64,000 nt of DNA from Octopus sinensis. Its lineage: Eukaryota. Each line of letters starts with the position of its first letter. The first letter of the stretch is position 1. The translations under genes were made by a program, and so were the position numbers. Positions 11,865-23,823 of this stretch are shown here, piece by piece. Location: positions 15,624,001 through 15,688,000 of the forward strand of contig NC_042997.1 of assembly GCF_006345805.1 (NCBI RefSeq), in the 5' to 3' direction. The notes under the pieces were generated by a model, which was given only the letters and a program-made list of their open reading frames with translations, did no database searches and was not told the DNA's origin.

Positions 11865-12240
11865 GGCGGCAAGCTGGCAGAATGGTCACCACACCTGGAA
11901 AAAGGTTTAGCAGTATTTTGCCGGTCTTTACGGTCTGAGTTCAAAATTCGGCCGAGGTCGACTACTGAGGTCAATATAATCGACCTTGCCCATCCCCCAA
12001 ATTGCTGGCCTTGTGCCAAAATTTGAAACCATATTAATACATGCAAAGATGGTGAGCTGACAGAGACATTAGAGCGTCGGAAAAAGTACCCTGCCGCATT
12101 TCTTCCGATTCTTATAGTCTAAGATCAAATCCCACCCAGGTCAACTTCGTCTTTCATCCCTCCGGAGTTGATAACATAGAATATCAACCAACATCCTCAC
12201 CTTAAAACTCTTAGCCTTGTGCCTAAATCAGAAACCGTTA
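11865..12240 (+). mobile_element. Two decayed SINE-A-subtype copies in tandem
   Basis: Heads GGCGGCAAGCTGGCAGAA and GATGGTGAGCTGACAGA; tails GCCTTGTGCC(A/T)AAA. Confidence 0.65.
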
Positions 12241-13574
12241 AAGTACATGTGTATTTTTGCTTTCGTCTTTCTTCCACGTTTGTAGCAAACAGCTGTTGCT
12301 TGAAAAATCTACCTTCACTTTAAACTCATTTTTCTTTAACTACATGTTTTTTCTTCTAATGTAATCGAAGTGTCTAGATAACTGAAATTGATAGCATCTT
12401 ATTAAATGATGCAACTTTGATTGTTGATTCTTCATAGACATTTTATTTAGAATTTTAATGTCAATACTTATCTGAAATTTAATCTTCGTCACATCTTTTT
12501 ATTTATCCAACTTTAGCATTTCCATTTGTCTTTTTTTTTTTATCATTGGATGTATGGGATAGTTTAAAAGAAATTTAGTTTAATAAGAAAATTTGAATTT
12601 ATTAATTTAGTGCGGAAGATTGAATTGTATAGTAAGAAAAAAAATGAAACAAAATTAAAGAAAAACATTTTAAGCAATGTAGAAATGTTACTGAGATAAC
12701 AAAGCCGTGAAACATGAAAATTAATGTTGAGACACAAAAATAATATAATATGGAAAAATTAATCGAATCAAAATGGAGAAATATTATTGAATAAATTACA
12801 CGCCAATGCTTCGAAAATTTCACGATGATAATGTCGTGGGTTCGACTCCAGGACCGCGTCAAGCGTTGTATCTTTGAGTAAGGCTCTTCTTTCTACGTTA
12901 TTCCAGTCCACTCGGCTGAAATGAGTATCAGCCGAGAGCTGGTGCAGCCATCTTTCTTTCCATTTGTCATATTTTTGTTGTTCCGTTGAATCAAAAAGTA
13001 GGTTGGAGGCGAAAGGTTGAATGCATCTGCCGGCTACCTCTTAGGCATCTAAAACAATGAACGTATGATATATGCCAGCAGGTTGCATTTCCTTGTGAAT
13101 GATGGCTTAGTTTTTTCACTTTTTTCTTTATCGATTTTGGAAAACCTAAGAGAGCAACATAGTAAACTAATGAAATCTTGTGCAAAAGTATGGCTTCATG
13201 GTTACGAAATTCATTTCAAAACTATGTGGTTTCGTGTTCGATCTCATTGCGCAGTCCGAGATCTTACCATAACTCTGTCTCGACCAAACCCTTCTGAGTG
13301 AAATTTAGTTGACGAAAACTATGCAAAATCTCGCCAGAAGTTATTATTCTTATTTAGCGGTGGTACAATTAATACGTCACCTGTGTAACATCATCACCTA
13401 GCCCTGGGGTACCATTAGTTAACTCTACTCTTTTGCACACATTCGAGACAGGTTTCCGACCAGATGACAACTTCCCCGCTTTCTTCCCCAATTCTTTTCA
13501 ACACTCTATGAAGCCTTAAAAAAGTTATGAGAGCTTCCCTTTCTCCGCTAACTAATCAATTATAAAGTCTTCCT

Positions 13575-14192
13575 ATTTTTTTCTACTCTACGCACAAGGT
13601 CCGAAATTTTGAGGTAGGGGGGCAGTGGATTAGATCGACCCCAGTACACAACTGGTACTTAATTTATCGACCCCAAAAGGATGAAAGGCAAAGTCGACCT
13701 CGGCGGAATTTGAACTCAGAACGTAAAGACAGACGAAACACCGCTAAGCATTTCGCTCGGCGTGCTAACGTTTCTTATTTCTTTACTGCCCACAAGGGGC
13801 TACACACAGAGGGGACAAACAAGGACAGACAAACGAATTAAGTCGATTATATCAGCCCTAGTGCGTAACTGGTACTTATTTAATCGACCCCGAAAGGATG
13901 AAAGGCAAAGTCAACCCCGGCGGAATTTGAACTCAGAACGTAACGGCAGACGAAATACCATTTCTTTACTACCCACAAGGGGCTATACACAGAGAGGACA
14001 AACACGGACAGACAAACGGATTAAGTCGATTACATCGACCCCAGTGCGTAACTGGTACTTAATTTATCGACCACGAAAGAATGAAAGGCAAAGTCGACCT
14101 CAACGGAATTTTGAACTCAGAACGTAACGGCAGACGAAATATGGCTACGCATTTCGCCCGGCGTGCTAACGATTCTGCCAGCTCGCCGCCTT
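13575..14192 (-). mobile_element. Three tandem/nested same-strand SINE-A copies
   Basis: Units at ~13575-13774, 13775-13959 and 13960-14192. Each tail joins inside the tRNA head of the neighbouring copy. Confidence 0.9.
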
Positions 14193-14449
14193 TATAAAGA
14201 CTTCCAATTACCCTTCGCGTGGGAATACTGTATCGTGAAAGAGTATACCTTTTCATGAGTAGAAAGAATGAAATATTAACTGGTTTTCTTCGTTTACGAA
14301 GTCCGACACTACAAGAAGGCATTATCAAATAACCAGCCTGAAACGTTCTGACCAAAGCAGTAAAGTTCAAAATCATCTCCCCCTAGCAACAAATCTGATA
14401 TAAGATTGCCTACTCTGCAACAACAGCCTCGACAACAACAACAACAGTA

Positions 14450-14519
<70 letters not shown>

Positions 14520-14999
14520 ATACTGCTGCTACTACTATTACCACATTAAGTAATAAAAGAATGACTAGGACTGTGATGGTACTCCGGCCTGTTGAGTTAA
14601 TCGGTGTATAATATCGGGTTCTGATTTTCTATCGGGAAAAGAAATATTACAAAATCAATGAAAAAGGATCGATAAAGTGATTGCATAAAAGATATTACGA
14701 TTCAGTTTGGAAGCCAATCTGGTAACTGCAATAACTTGCAGCTAGGTTGAGGAAAATCTTCCTGAAAGCAGTGGCTGTCATTCAGATCGATGTGTCTGGT
14801 AATAAATTGATTATCTGTCACTCAGAGTAGAGTTAGAGTTGATTAAAATGGCTGTCTGTATACAGTACGGCTTTTGTAATGTGAAAATACTGCTGGGTAC
14901 ATAGAGAGCTTAAGAAAGGTGAAAGGAGACTGTTAAGTACGTGATTTGACAAGAAATGTTATAAGTTAAGTCCGAGATTTGACAAGGAATTTTATACAG

Positions 15000-15790
15000 T
15001 TCTATATTTAAGAGATGAAGAATTATGTACGTTATTTACATTTGACGAATATTTGTCCTCATCTTTTTTGTTGTTAACACAGCGTTTCGGCTGATATACC
15101 CTCCCGCCTTCATCAGGTGTCTTCGGGAAATTTCGAACATGGGTTCTCATTCCTGAGGTAGTTTTCGATATTGTTAATATTATTATTATTATTCAGGTCA
15201 CTGCTTGGAATCGAACTCGGAATTGCCCGTGGGCAATTATAGAGTGAATTTTAGGGCTTATAAATCTAATATTCACCTAGCCTTCCTTAATACCGGTTCC
15301 CATATGCTGTTCGCCTCTGCACTCTGTCTGCTTAGGAGGTTGTTGTGTCCTGGCATATGTGCTGCTTCTTTTAGTTTTCGTATTTTCCAGTGGTATTCTC
15401 TGTCTATTATTTTAATTTCATCCCACAGGGAGAGGTGTTCTCCATTTTTCCATACATGATTAGCTATACCCAATTTGTCAATATCTCCCCGTGTCACAGC
15501 TTTGCGATGTTCCGCTACCCTTATTTTGAGGGAGTGGTATGTTTCGCCTTTGTATAACCTACCAAGCTGCATGGGATGGAGTAGACGCAGTTCTTGGTCA
15601 TATTCTCTTCTATTGGTGGTTTTACTCGAAGGAGATATTTGCGAAGTATTGTATCGCTTTTGAATACTGTCCTGATGTCATATGGGCCGCATATCTTTTG
15701 TATCTTTTAGGAGAGGCCTTTCACATAGGGTAGACAGATTGTGGACAGTTTATTGGTTTCATCCTCTCTCATCCATAGTGCATGACATTT
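15000..15790 (-). mobile_element. Penelope-like element 3' part: RT thumb + GIY-YIG endonuclease remnant + terminal repeat
   Basis: Minus-strand translation gives ICLPYVKGLS*KIQKICGPYDIRTVFKS..KNCVYSIPCS / GRLYKGETYHSLKIRVAEH..GIANHVW..KLKEAAH (ORF 15273..15572). An HHR lies downstream. Confidence 0.9.
15077..15120 (-). ncRNA. Minimal type I hammerhead in PLE terminal repeat (this copy probably inactive)
   Basis: ACAC CTGATGA A GGC..GCC GAAA CGC T GTGT. Helix III reads ACGC rather than ACGT (U16.1 to C). Confidence 0.7.
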
Positions 15791-15855
15791 GTCATGTATA
15801 TATATATATATATATCCGTATGCGTGTGTGTGTACATATATATACATTTATATAT

Positions 15856-17100
15856 ACAGTGTGTTCACGATAAATTTGACAGTTAGCATCAAAGAAAACA
15901 CAATAACACCCCAAAATAAAGTGTTTTAATCAAAAATATCAACTAGATTATGGCTGGGAGATAACAGTGTACACAAAGTAGCTGCCCTCAGTTTCTCCCG
16001 AGGCCTCAAGATGACTCCGGAACCTGACACAAGCTTTCCTCACTGTGTCCCTGGGAATATCTTCGAACACCTCCTTGATCTTGGCCATCAAATCGGCCTT
16101 GGTGTTGCAGGCAGAGAGGTTGATGTCTTTCTTAACCGCGCCCTACACAGTAATCTATGGGATTACAATCAGGGAAATTAAGTGGCCAGAAATTGGGGTT
16201 GGTGAAGTCATTGGAATTCTCTGACAACTACTTCTGACTCTTTCAAGAGGTATGACAAGTAGCCGAATGTTGCTGCAATACATATGACCTTCCAGCAGCA
16301 ACACACATGGTCTCTCCAGCCAGGGTTTGACCAGGGTTTCCAGTAATTTCCCATAGACGTCTGAGTCTAAGAACCTGTACAAGGATGTGAGGACGGCGTG
16401 ACGTCATTCTCACTGGTGGCTCACCCAGAGACCATCATGGTTTACAATACATAGGACATCCCATGGATTGTAGGCAAGCCACTTGTTGTAGGTGTTGTGC
16501 AATTGGTCCTCGTAGAAGTTCTTTTCATCTGAGAAGAACCAGATCATCACCGGCTCAACAAGATGCCTCATCTCATTCAGCAGCTTCTTTGCCATCGTCA
16601 AGTGGCTCTTCTTAGCCTTGGCCGTCAGAATTTGTTCGTTGCGCCTCTTGTGAGAGTTGCAGCGAAGGCACTCATTGAGAGCCAGCTTCACGCTTGCAAT
16701 TTCAACAACCATCTCTCTTCCCAAAGTTCGGATTCCATTGCTCGGATAGTCCATCATCTGGTCCTGCAGTTGCTGGATACCAGCTTCCCTCTGAACACCT
16801 TTTGTGACCCTTTCCTGCTTGTCACAGCTTCGTGGTCTCCATTGCAGTTCTCCTTGTCACGTATTACAGCCTTTACAATATTCACAGAGCGCTGAGCAGT
16901 AGTCATGACGCCGGCATTTTGATGCCCAGCGCGAATAATCATGATACATATAACTCTTCCCACATCCAGATGGCTTCCAGTCTTCTATGTCAACTATAAC
17001 TTTAATCTTAATACACTCTAGCGCCGTTCACTGTTCAATAATACATCAAACTGTTCCTGAGATACATAAAATATCGTCAAATTTAACCCGAGCGCCATTC
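15856..17100 (-). mobile_element. Tc1/mariner DD37D (maT-type) transposon fossil
   Basis: Frameshifted transposase: N-terminal HTH region (16754..16963), IWFFSDEKNF (first D), QQHSATCH..WPLNFPDCNPIDY with 37 residues between the second and third catalytic positions. Decayed TIRs share AAATTTGAC. Confidence 0.85.
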
Positions 17101-17105
17101 ATATA

Positions 17106-17499
17106 TCTTTATATATAAAAGTGAAGTTGTGTGTCTGTCTCCTACGATTTAGATTCCAAACTACTCCCACATTTTGCGGTGCAGTGTAACCAAAAGCGGG
17201 TACCTTATAGTCGTGATTCATATCGAGCCCTTCTGGGTATTAGCGCGCGTCTACGATGAGTCTACGATTAAAAAAAAATTTAACATAATTTTTCCGCATT
17301 TTTAATGCATTTTCGCTCGGTTTATATAAGGGAAGTAACTCTCTAAAAATGTATTATTAAATCTCAGAACGTAAAAAGCTACAGTAACACCCCCTTTGTG
17401 GTTAACCATATTGAGATGGCTATTATACTTTACATCTCTAAAAATGCTTATATAGTTATTTCCCTTACAAACCCGAGCAACGCCGGGCGATACTGCTAG
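17106..17499 (+). mobile_element. Non-autonomous Helitron
   Basis: 5' TCTTTATATATAAAAG, 3' hairpin CCCGAGCAACGCCGGG, then CTAG end. Inserted between A and T with no TSD. Confidence 0.9.
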
Positions 17500-18073
17500 T
17501 TTGTTATAAACAAGACAAATGACGAAATCAGTTCCTGGATTTTATTGTTTATTAATTGTTGTTGTTCGATTCCAGACTCTTCGATTTTCTCGTTCGTCCC
17601 AATGGAACCGGTAAGTATCAGCAATAAACTAGAAACGTCTCGATTTTCTACATCCGTTCCCTGAGAAATCTACGGGATTTATTTATATTTGAACATTGTT
17701 AATAAATTTGCCTGTATGTTACACGCTTGTATTTGCCTCTATTTGTTACATGCACACAGTCACACGCACAACCACCACTCTCTCCTCTTTCTTTCTTTCT
17801 TTCTTTCTCTCTCCCACACACACACCCACACGCACACATACACACACACCCACACACCCACACACCCACAACATATAACTTTTATCTTTTACTTGCGGCC
17901 ATGCTGGATCTTGCCTTGAATGATTTAATCGAAAAAATCGACCAAATTCTTAACTTCTTTTAAAGTCTGGTATTTATTGTCATTTTCTTTTGCTGCTAAA
18001 TAACGGGAAGATAAACAAACGAACACTTGTGGTCAAGTGGAAGGGGAACATAGACAAAGACACACACACACAC

Positions 18074-18104
<31 letters not shown>

Positions 18105-18376
18105 GCCTTCATATGTGTGTATACATATATATATGTATACATATATATATATTTATGTATGTATCTCTCTCTCTCTTTTTCTCTCTCTGTATATATATCT
18201 ATATATATATATATATATATATATATCTATATATATATATATTATATATATATATATTTAGGGAAACCACATGTATTGAAATTTTTCTGATTTTTCAGAT
18301 TTTTTAGTTGCTAGGCTACTGGTTTTAAATCAATATTAATTAAACTAATATTCATTTATCTCCCTCATTATTTAAA

Positions 18377-18412
<36 letters not shown>

Positions 18413-18430
18413 TATATATATTATATATAT

Positions 18431-18529
<99 letters not shown>

Positions 18530-18548
18530 TATGTATATATATATAAAT

Positions 18549-18883
18549 GGAAGACCCCCTCCCTTCGGTCATGAATGACCATACGATTGCACCTAGAAAG
18601 TTACCCTCCGTCAGTCCGTCAAGATTGTTTATGGAAAGCCAGCAGTCGCCCATGCATGCCAGCCTCTCCTCTCCACACCACTAATGTTATCCAAGGGAAA
18701 GGCAAAGGCCGATACGTACGGCTTGGTGCCAGTGACGTCGCAACTCATTTCTAGAAGTGAGTTAACTGGAGCAACGTGAAATAAAGTGTCTTGCTCAACA
18801 ACACAACACGCAACTCGGTCCGGGAATCGAACTCACAACTTCGCGATTGTAAGCTCGACGCTCTTTCCACTGAGCCATGCGCC
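18549..18883 (-). mobile_element. SINE-D (tRNA head + GTGTTGTG..TTGAGCAAGACACTT domain + RTE-type body and tail; Ceph-SINE-like)
   Basis: Homologous to 29636-29976 and 37961-38302. A/B-box-like head, stem-loop tail ..GACCGAAGGG. Confidence 0.85.
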
Positions 18884-19094
18884 GTGGTCTGGTTTTAAAA
18901 TATAATAATAAGAAACGAGAAGACCAGACCATACTGTAACTTTATCTACTGATATATTTATTCTATACACATTTACACAAATTCGGGGCGCGCACGCACA
19001 TACCCACAGATGCACACACATACCTCCTCTTACACTCTCCTGTCTTAGAAAGAACTTTTTCTTCACCCATTCCCTTCCGGTCATTTCAAATTGT

Positions 19095-19281
19095 AACCAC
19101 ATGTGAATCGTTGGCGATTTTCTTCTTTTCTATTGGACTTTCTTCTGTTTCTGAAGAAGAAGCGTTGCTCGAAACGTCAAACCATCTTTCTTTCCTTCCC
19201 TGAGCGTATGCTAATACTTCTTTACATGTACCACGTCCTCGCGTTGTTGTTTTTTTTTTGTTGTTCTTTTTTTGGATTTAC

Positions 19282-19285
<4 letters not shown>
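19095..19285 (+). mobile_element. Family X short element with hammerhead (19147-19182)
   Basis: GTTT CTGAAGA AGA AGC-GTT-GCT C GAAA CGT C AAAC: stem I GTTT/AAAC and GUC site. Ends in (TA)n. Confidence 0.75.
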
Positions 19286-19314
<29 letters not shown>

Positions 19315-19335
19315 TATATATAATATATATATATA

Positions 19336-19368
<33 letters not shown>

Positions 19369-19754
19369 GTGAGTGGACAAACGAAAGAAGGGTACTCAAC
19401 AAATTTACTGGGAGCTACATGTGTGGATCAAAACAGTTTGATTCAAATTCTGAGTTTCAAGCGTGATGCTAATCTTCAGCGATTTGGAATTTGAATGAGA
19501 AAGGTTGATTGTTATTACCGTAAGGTAATAACAATCGTAAGGTAGGCTGCGATTGATCGAGGGAAGTCACACAACGTCGAGGTTTGATGTTGGTATATCA
19601 GCAACAACAATTATTTGGAAAATACTGCATGGTGAACAAGAAATCGACCGCGTGGTGGACAGGAAATCAACCGCGTTGTGGACAGGAAATTGGTCGCGTT
19701 GTTCGAGGGTAAGTAGGAAGGAGTGGGGTATGTGCAAACATATAGTTGCATATA

Positions 19755-19975
19755 TATGTATTTCACTACTGACCACAAGGGGCTAAACACAGAGGGGACA
19801 AACGGATTATGTCGATTACATCGACCCCAGGGCGTAACTGGTACTTAATTTATCGACCCCGAAAGGATGAAAGGCAAAGTCGACCTCGGCGGAATTTGAA
19901 CTCAGAACGTAAGAGCAGACGAAATACGGCTACGCATTTCGCCGGCGTGCTAACGAGTCTGCCAGCTCGCCGCCT
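19755..19975 (-). mobile_element. SINE-A
   Basis: Head, central domain and a shortened tail. Confidence 0.88.
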
Positions 19976-20335
19976 TGCATATATATGTGTGTGGACGAAA
20001 TCATATGGTTTTGCATGTATGTCTGTATCGATTTGGGCGTGTGCAGCAGTACATGGGCGCATACACCATTAGCAGAAAATGAGAAAAGACCGATTTTGTG
20101 AATGGACACTCCAAGATAAATCTCAAAGACATGAGAAGCAGCAGGCCAGGGATGGTACCTGAAGATCATTGCTGCTTTACATTCCTTGCGGTATTGTATG
20201 CTTGCACACGCATACACACACACACGCACGCACGCACGCACACACACACACACATACACACACACACACAAGCACACACATCTGTATATGTTTAAGATGT
20301 GTGTAGCCATATGAATAAATAAGTGTATATCATTT

Positions 20336-20434
20336 GTCTCAACGTACGTTTCGACATTGTGGTTGTTTGGAGCTCAGCATTGGATGTTCCAAATGCTACT
20401 AGACACTTAACTACAGCGGATCATCAGGGAAGAC
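20336..20434 (-). ncRNA. Type I hammerhead motif with long, partly decayed stem II
   Basis: GTCTTCC CTGATGA ..(internal hairpin AGCATTTGGA/TCCAATGCT).. GAAA CGTACGT T GAGAC. Confidence 0.5.
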
Positions 20435-20550
20435 CTTTTCAAATTATGTTACAGAGAACTAACGTGTGAACAATGATAATCTGCTTTAGAGATCTAAACT
20501 TAACGATTGTCGTACATATATTTGTTCACACAAGCTACATCGTATGTATG

Positions 20551-20581
<31 letters not shown>

Positions 20582-20586
<5 letters not shown>

Positions 20587-20785
20587 ATCCAAACAAGAAA
20601 ACAAAAAGACAACAACGCAAGGATGTGGAACAAATAAAGTATTATTGGATGCTCAGGAAAGAAGGGAAGAAGGAGGGTTTGACGTTTCGAGCGGAGCTCT
20701 TCGTCGGAAACATAGGAGAAGGAAAGATCCCGAGAAGGGAAGACAGAGGAAAAAAATCGCTAGTGATACAGACGAGATCACATAC
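20582..20785 (-). mobile_element. Family X short element with hammerhead (20677-20711, U4 to C variant)
   Basis: GTTT CCGACGA A GAGC-TCC-GCTC GAAA CGT C AAAC. (TA)n on both sides. Confidence 0.75.
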
Positions 20786-20844
20786 TATATATATATATAT
20801 CCGTGTGTGTGTGTATGCATGTATATATGTTCGTGTGTATGTAT

Positions 20845-21067
20845 TCTTATATTTTTACTTGTTTCAGTCATTTGACTGCGGCCATGCTGGAACACCATCT
20901 TAAAAGGGTTTTAGTCGAAGAAATCGATCGCAGGACTTATTCTTTGTGAGCGTAGTATTTATTCTATCGGTCTCTTTTGCCGAACTACTAAGTTACGGGG
21001 ATATAAACACTCCAGCATCGTTTGTCAAGCGATGGCAGACACACAACACACACACACACACACACAT

Positions 21068-21106
<39 letters not shown>

Positions 21107-21266
21107 CGGCGGGTTTCTTCCAGTTATCGCCTACCAAATCCACCCACAATGATTTGGTCGGCCCGGAGATATATTAGAAGACGATTGCCCAAGGTGTCAT
21201 ACAGTGGGACTGAACCCGGAACCATGTGGTTGGGAAGCAAGCTCCTTACAACGTAGCCACGCCTGC
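20845..21266 (-). mobile_element. SINE-B, full length
   Basis: Tail, (CA)n(TA)n linker and head, all in reverse orientation. Confidence 0.88.
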
Positions 21267-21537
21267 ACCTATGTATATAAAATATATATATATTTATCTA
21301 TATGCATATTTGTGTGTAAGTGTATATTTATATATATATATATATGTCATTAATCAGTTTTATTTCAAGACGGTAGTATGAATGTATGTATGTAAGTGTA
21401 TATATGTGTATATATGCACACGCACATATTTGTGAATACATGTACACACACACATACACACACACACACACATATATATATATGTACTTTTATATATGCA
21501 TAAACCAGCATATACATACGTTTCTTCCTCCTGTATG

Positions 21538-21568
<31 letters not shown>

Positions 21569-22586
21569 ATATATATGTCTTGAGAGAGAAGAAACGTGTG
21601 TATATGCCTGTACCTGTATATATAAATGTACATATATATATGTATATGTGTACATATATATATATATATATTATACACACACAGACACACATACACACAC
21701 ACAGACACACACAAACATACACACACACACACACACAAATACATATATATAATACCGTTTTTTTTTCTTTTTTGCCGGGGTTATTTTTTTGTTTTTCTTT
21801 TCCTCTTTTCTTGTTGGGTTCTTGTTCTTTGGTGAAGTGGATCTTTATAAGTTGGTTCCGCTCCCCACCACTATTTTTATTAATGTTCCACGTTTTAATT
21901 TTTACTATTTAAAAAAAAAAAATTATCAAAGGTTTCTTTTACCTTCCCCCCTCCCCTGCCCCCACCTTCCCCACACTTGGCATTTATTTTTTCATTCTAT
22001 CTTTCTTCATCTCTACACCTTTTTACTCAACACTCATAGCCATATCTTTTCCTTCCTGCACTCCTTCTGTAAACCCAGGTAAGACTTCATCCAATTAAGG
22101 TAGGATGCCACACTCGCTTTATTTATTTTACGCTTTCCTTTCTCTTTTTTTTTTCTTTTCTACATTCTCTTCATTGATTCTTTCTTCATTTTTTTTCATC
22201 TCTTCTTTTTCGTAGTAATTATTATTGTTATTATTGTTGTTGTTGTTCTTGTTGAAATAGAGTTGTTCTTATTATCTTTTTCGTCCCCTTCTTCTTCTTC
22301 TTCTTCTTCATGATTATGATTATCATTGTTGTTTTTGTTAGTTTTTGTTTTGCGTACGTGCAGATATCGCATCCTCCCGCCCTCCCTCGCCGTTCTCGAC
22401 TGCCGTTATCTTTTACATGGTTATATATACGTGGCAAAAATAAAAACAAATAGAAAACAAATATAAAAGTAAAAACATGATATAAAACATATGCCCCCTT
22501 CTTTCTGCAAATATACTTAATATATATATATATAACTATTATATATATGTATATTCTATATATAATATATATTGCATGTATGTATG

Positions 22587-22620
<34 letters not shown>

Positions 22621-22672
22621 TGTATATATATATTTATATACAAGCACACACGATTCCATACAAGCATATAGA

Positions 22673-22704
<32 letters not shown>

Positions 22705-22957
22705 ATATATATATATATATATTATATGCATACGCAAAATTAAGCATAACAAACTCTCTCTGACATAATATATAAAAACATGCGAGCACATACAAATATA
22801 AAGAACAACCTGAACGTACAGATATACAAAGATGCATACCACACACAACGTGAGTGCATTCTCGTCTTGATATGCTTGCACAAAAATACATACGGACAAT
22901 TCATATACTTTCAGGTATACCTACACATACACCCACACATTCATATAGTGCATATAA

Positions 22958-23010
<53 letters not shown>

Positions 23011-23115
23011 TACCTGTGTAAACACATAAATGTGAAACAGGTGGAAAAAAGTACTCAAATACCAGTGGTAGAGTAATATGCTTTAATTTAAAGCAGCAGA
23101 AAATTCAACAACAAC

Positions 23116-23153
23116 CTGTTACTCTGAGTTTCCCGTTGCCGTTCATCGGACAG
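23116..23153 (-). ncRNA. Minimal type I hammerhead motif (CCGATGA core)
   Basis: CTGT CCGATGA A CG-GCAA-CG G GAAA CTCAGAGT A ACAG. Abuts (TA)n. Confidence 0.6.
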
Positions 23154-23155
23154 TT

Positions 23156-23209
<54 letters not shown>

Positions 23210-23219
23210 ATATATATAT

Positions 23220-23273
<54 letters not shown>

Positions 23274-23494
23274 GATAGAATAGATAGATAGTTAGATATA
23301 CGAGTAAGGGAACGAACGGAAGAAGGGCACTCTCAACACTTTCACTGGGAGTTGCATGTAGGGATCAAGACAGTTTGATTCAAATTCCTTGCTGCTTAAA
23401 ATTTCAAAGCTTGTGAAGGTCTACGAACTTTGAAACTTTAAAGTAACACAGAATTTGAATAAAATAGTTTTGATCCATATGTATATATATATAT

Positions 23495-23823
23495 ATTCTG
23501 TTGTGGCTGGGGAGAGTCATTCTCTTTTAGTGCCTTATAATTTAACACACACAACGGTAAAATTTCCACTCATTTACTTATTTATTTTTCTAAACTTTAC
23601 TAAAATTTTCGTTACGTCTTGCAACCTTTTCAATAGTTGCCGACATTTCAAAGTGTTTGGGTGTCAATCTGAGGACATGTACTGAGAATGATAAAAATGA
23701 AATATCCAATCATCATCATGGTAATTGGAGCGATCACTAGTGATGGTAGTGTTATGCCTTCATTCAACTTCGCACTCAACCTAAGGCTCAACACGGCGGC
23801 CTACATCAAGTGCCTGGAGGAGG
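23495..23823 (+). mobile_element. Internally deleted maT-like transposon fragment
   Basis: MKYPIIIMVIGAITSDGSVMPSFNFALNLRLNTAAYIKCLEEV matches the segment between the first and second catalytic D of DD37D transposases. The upstream boundary is approximate. Confidence 0.65.
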
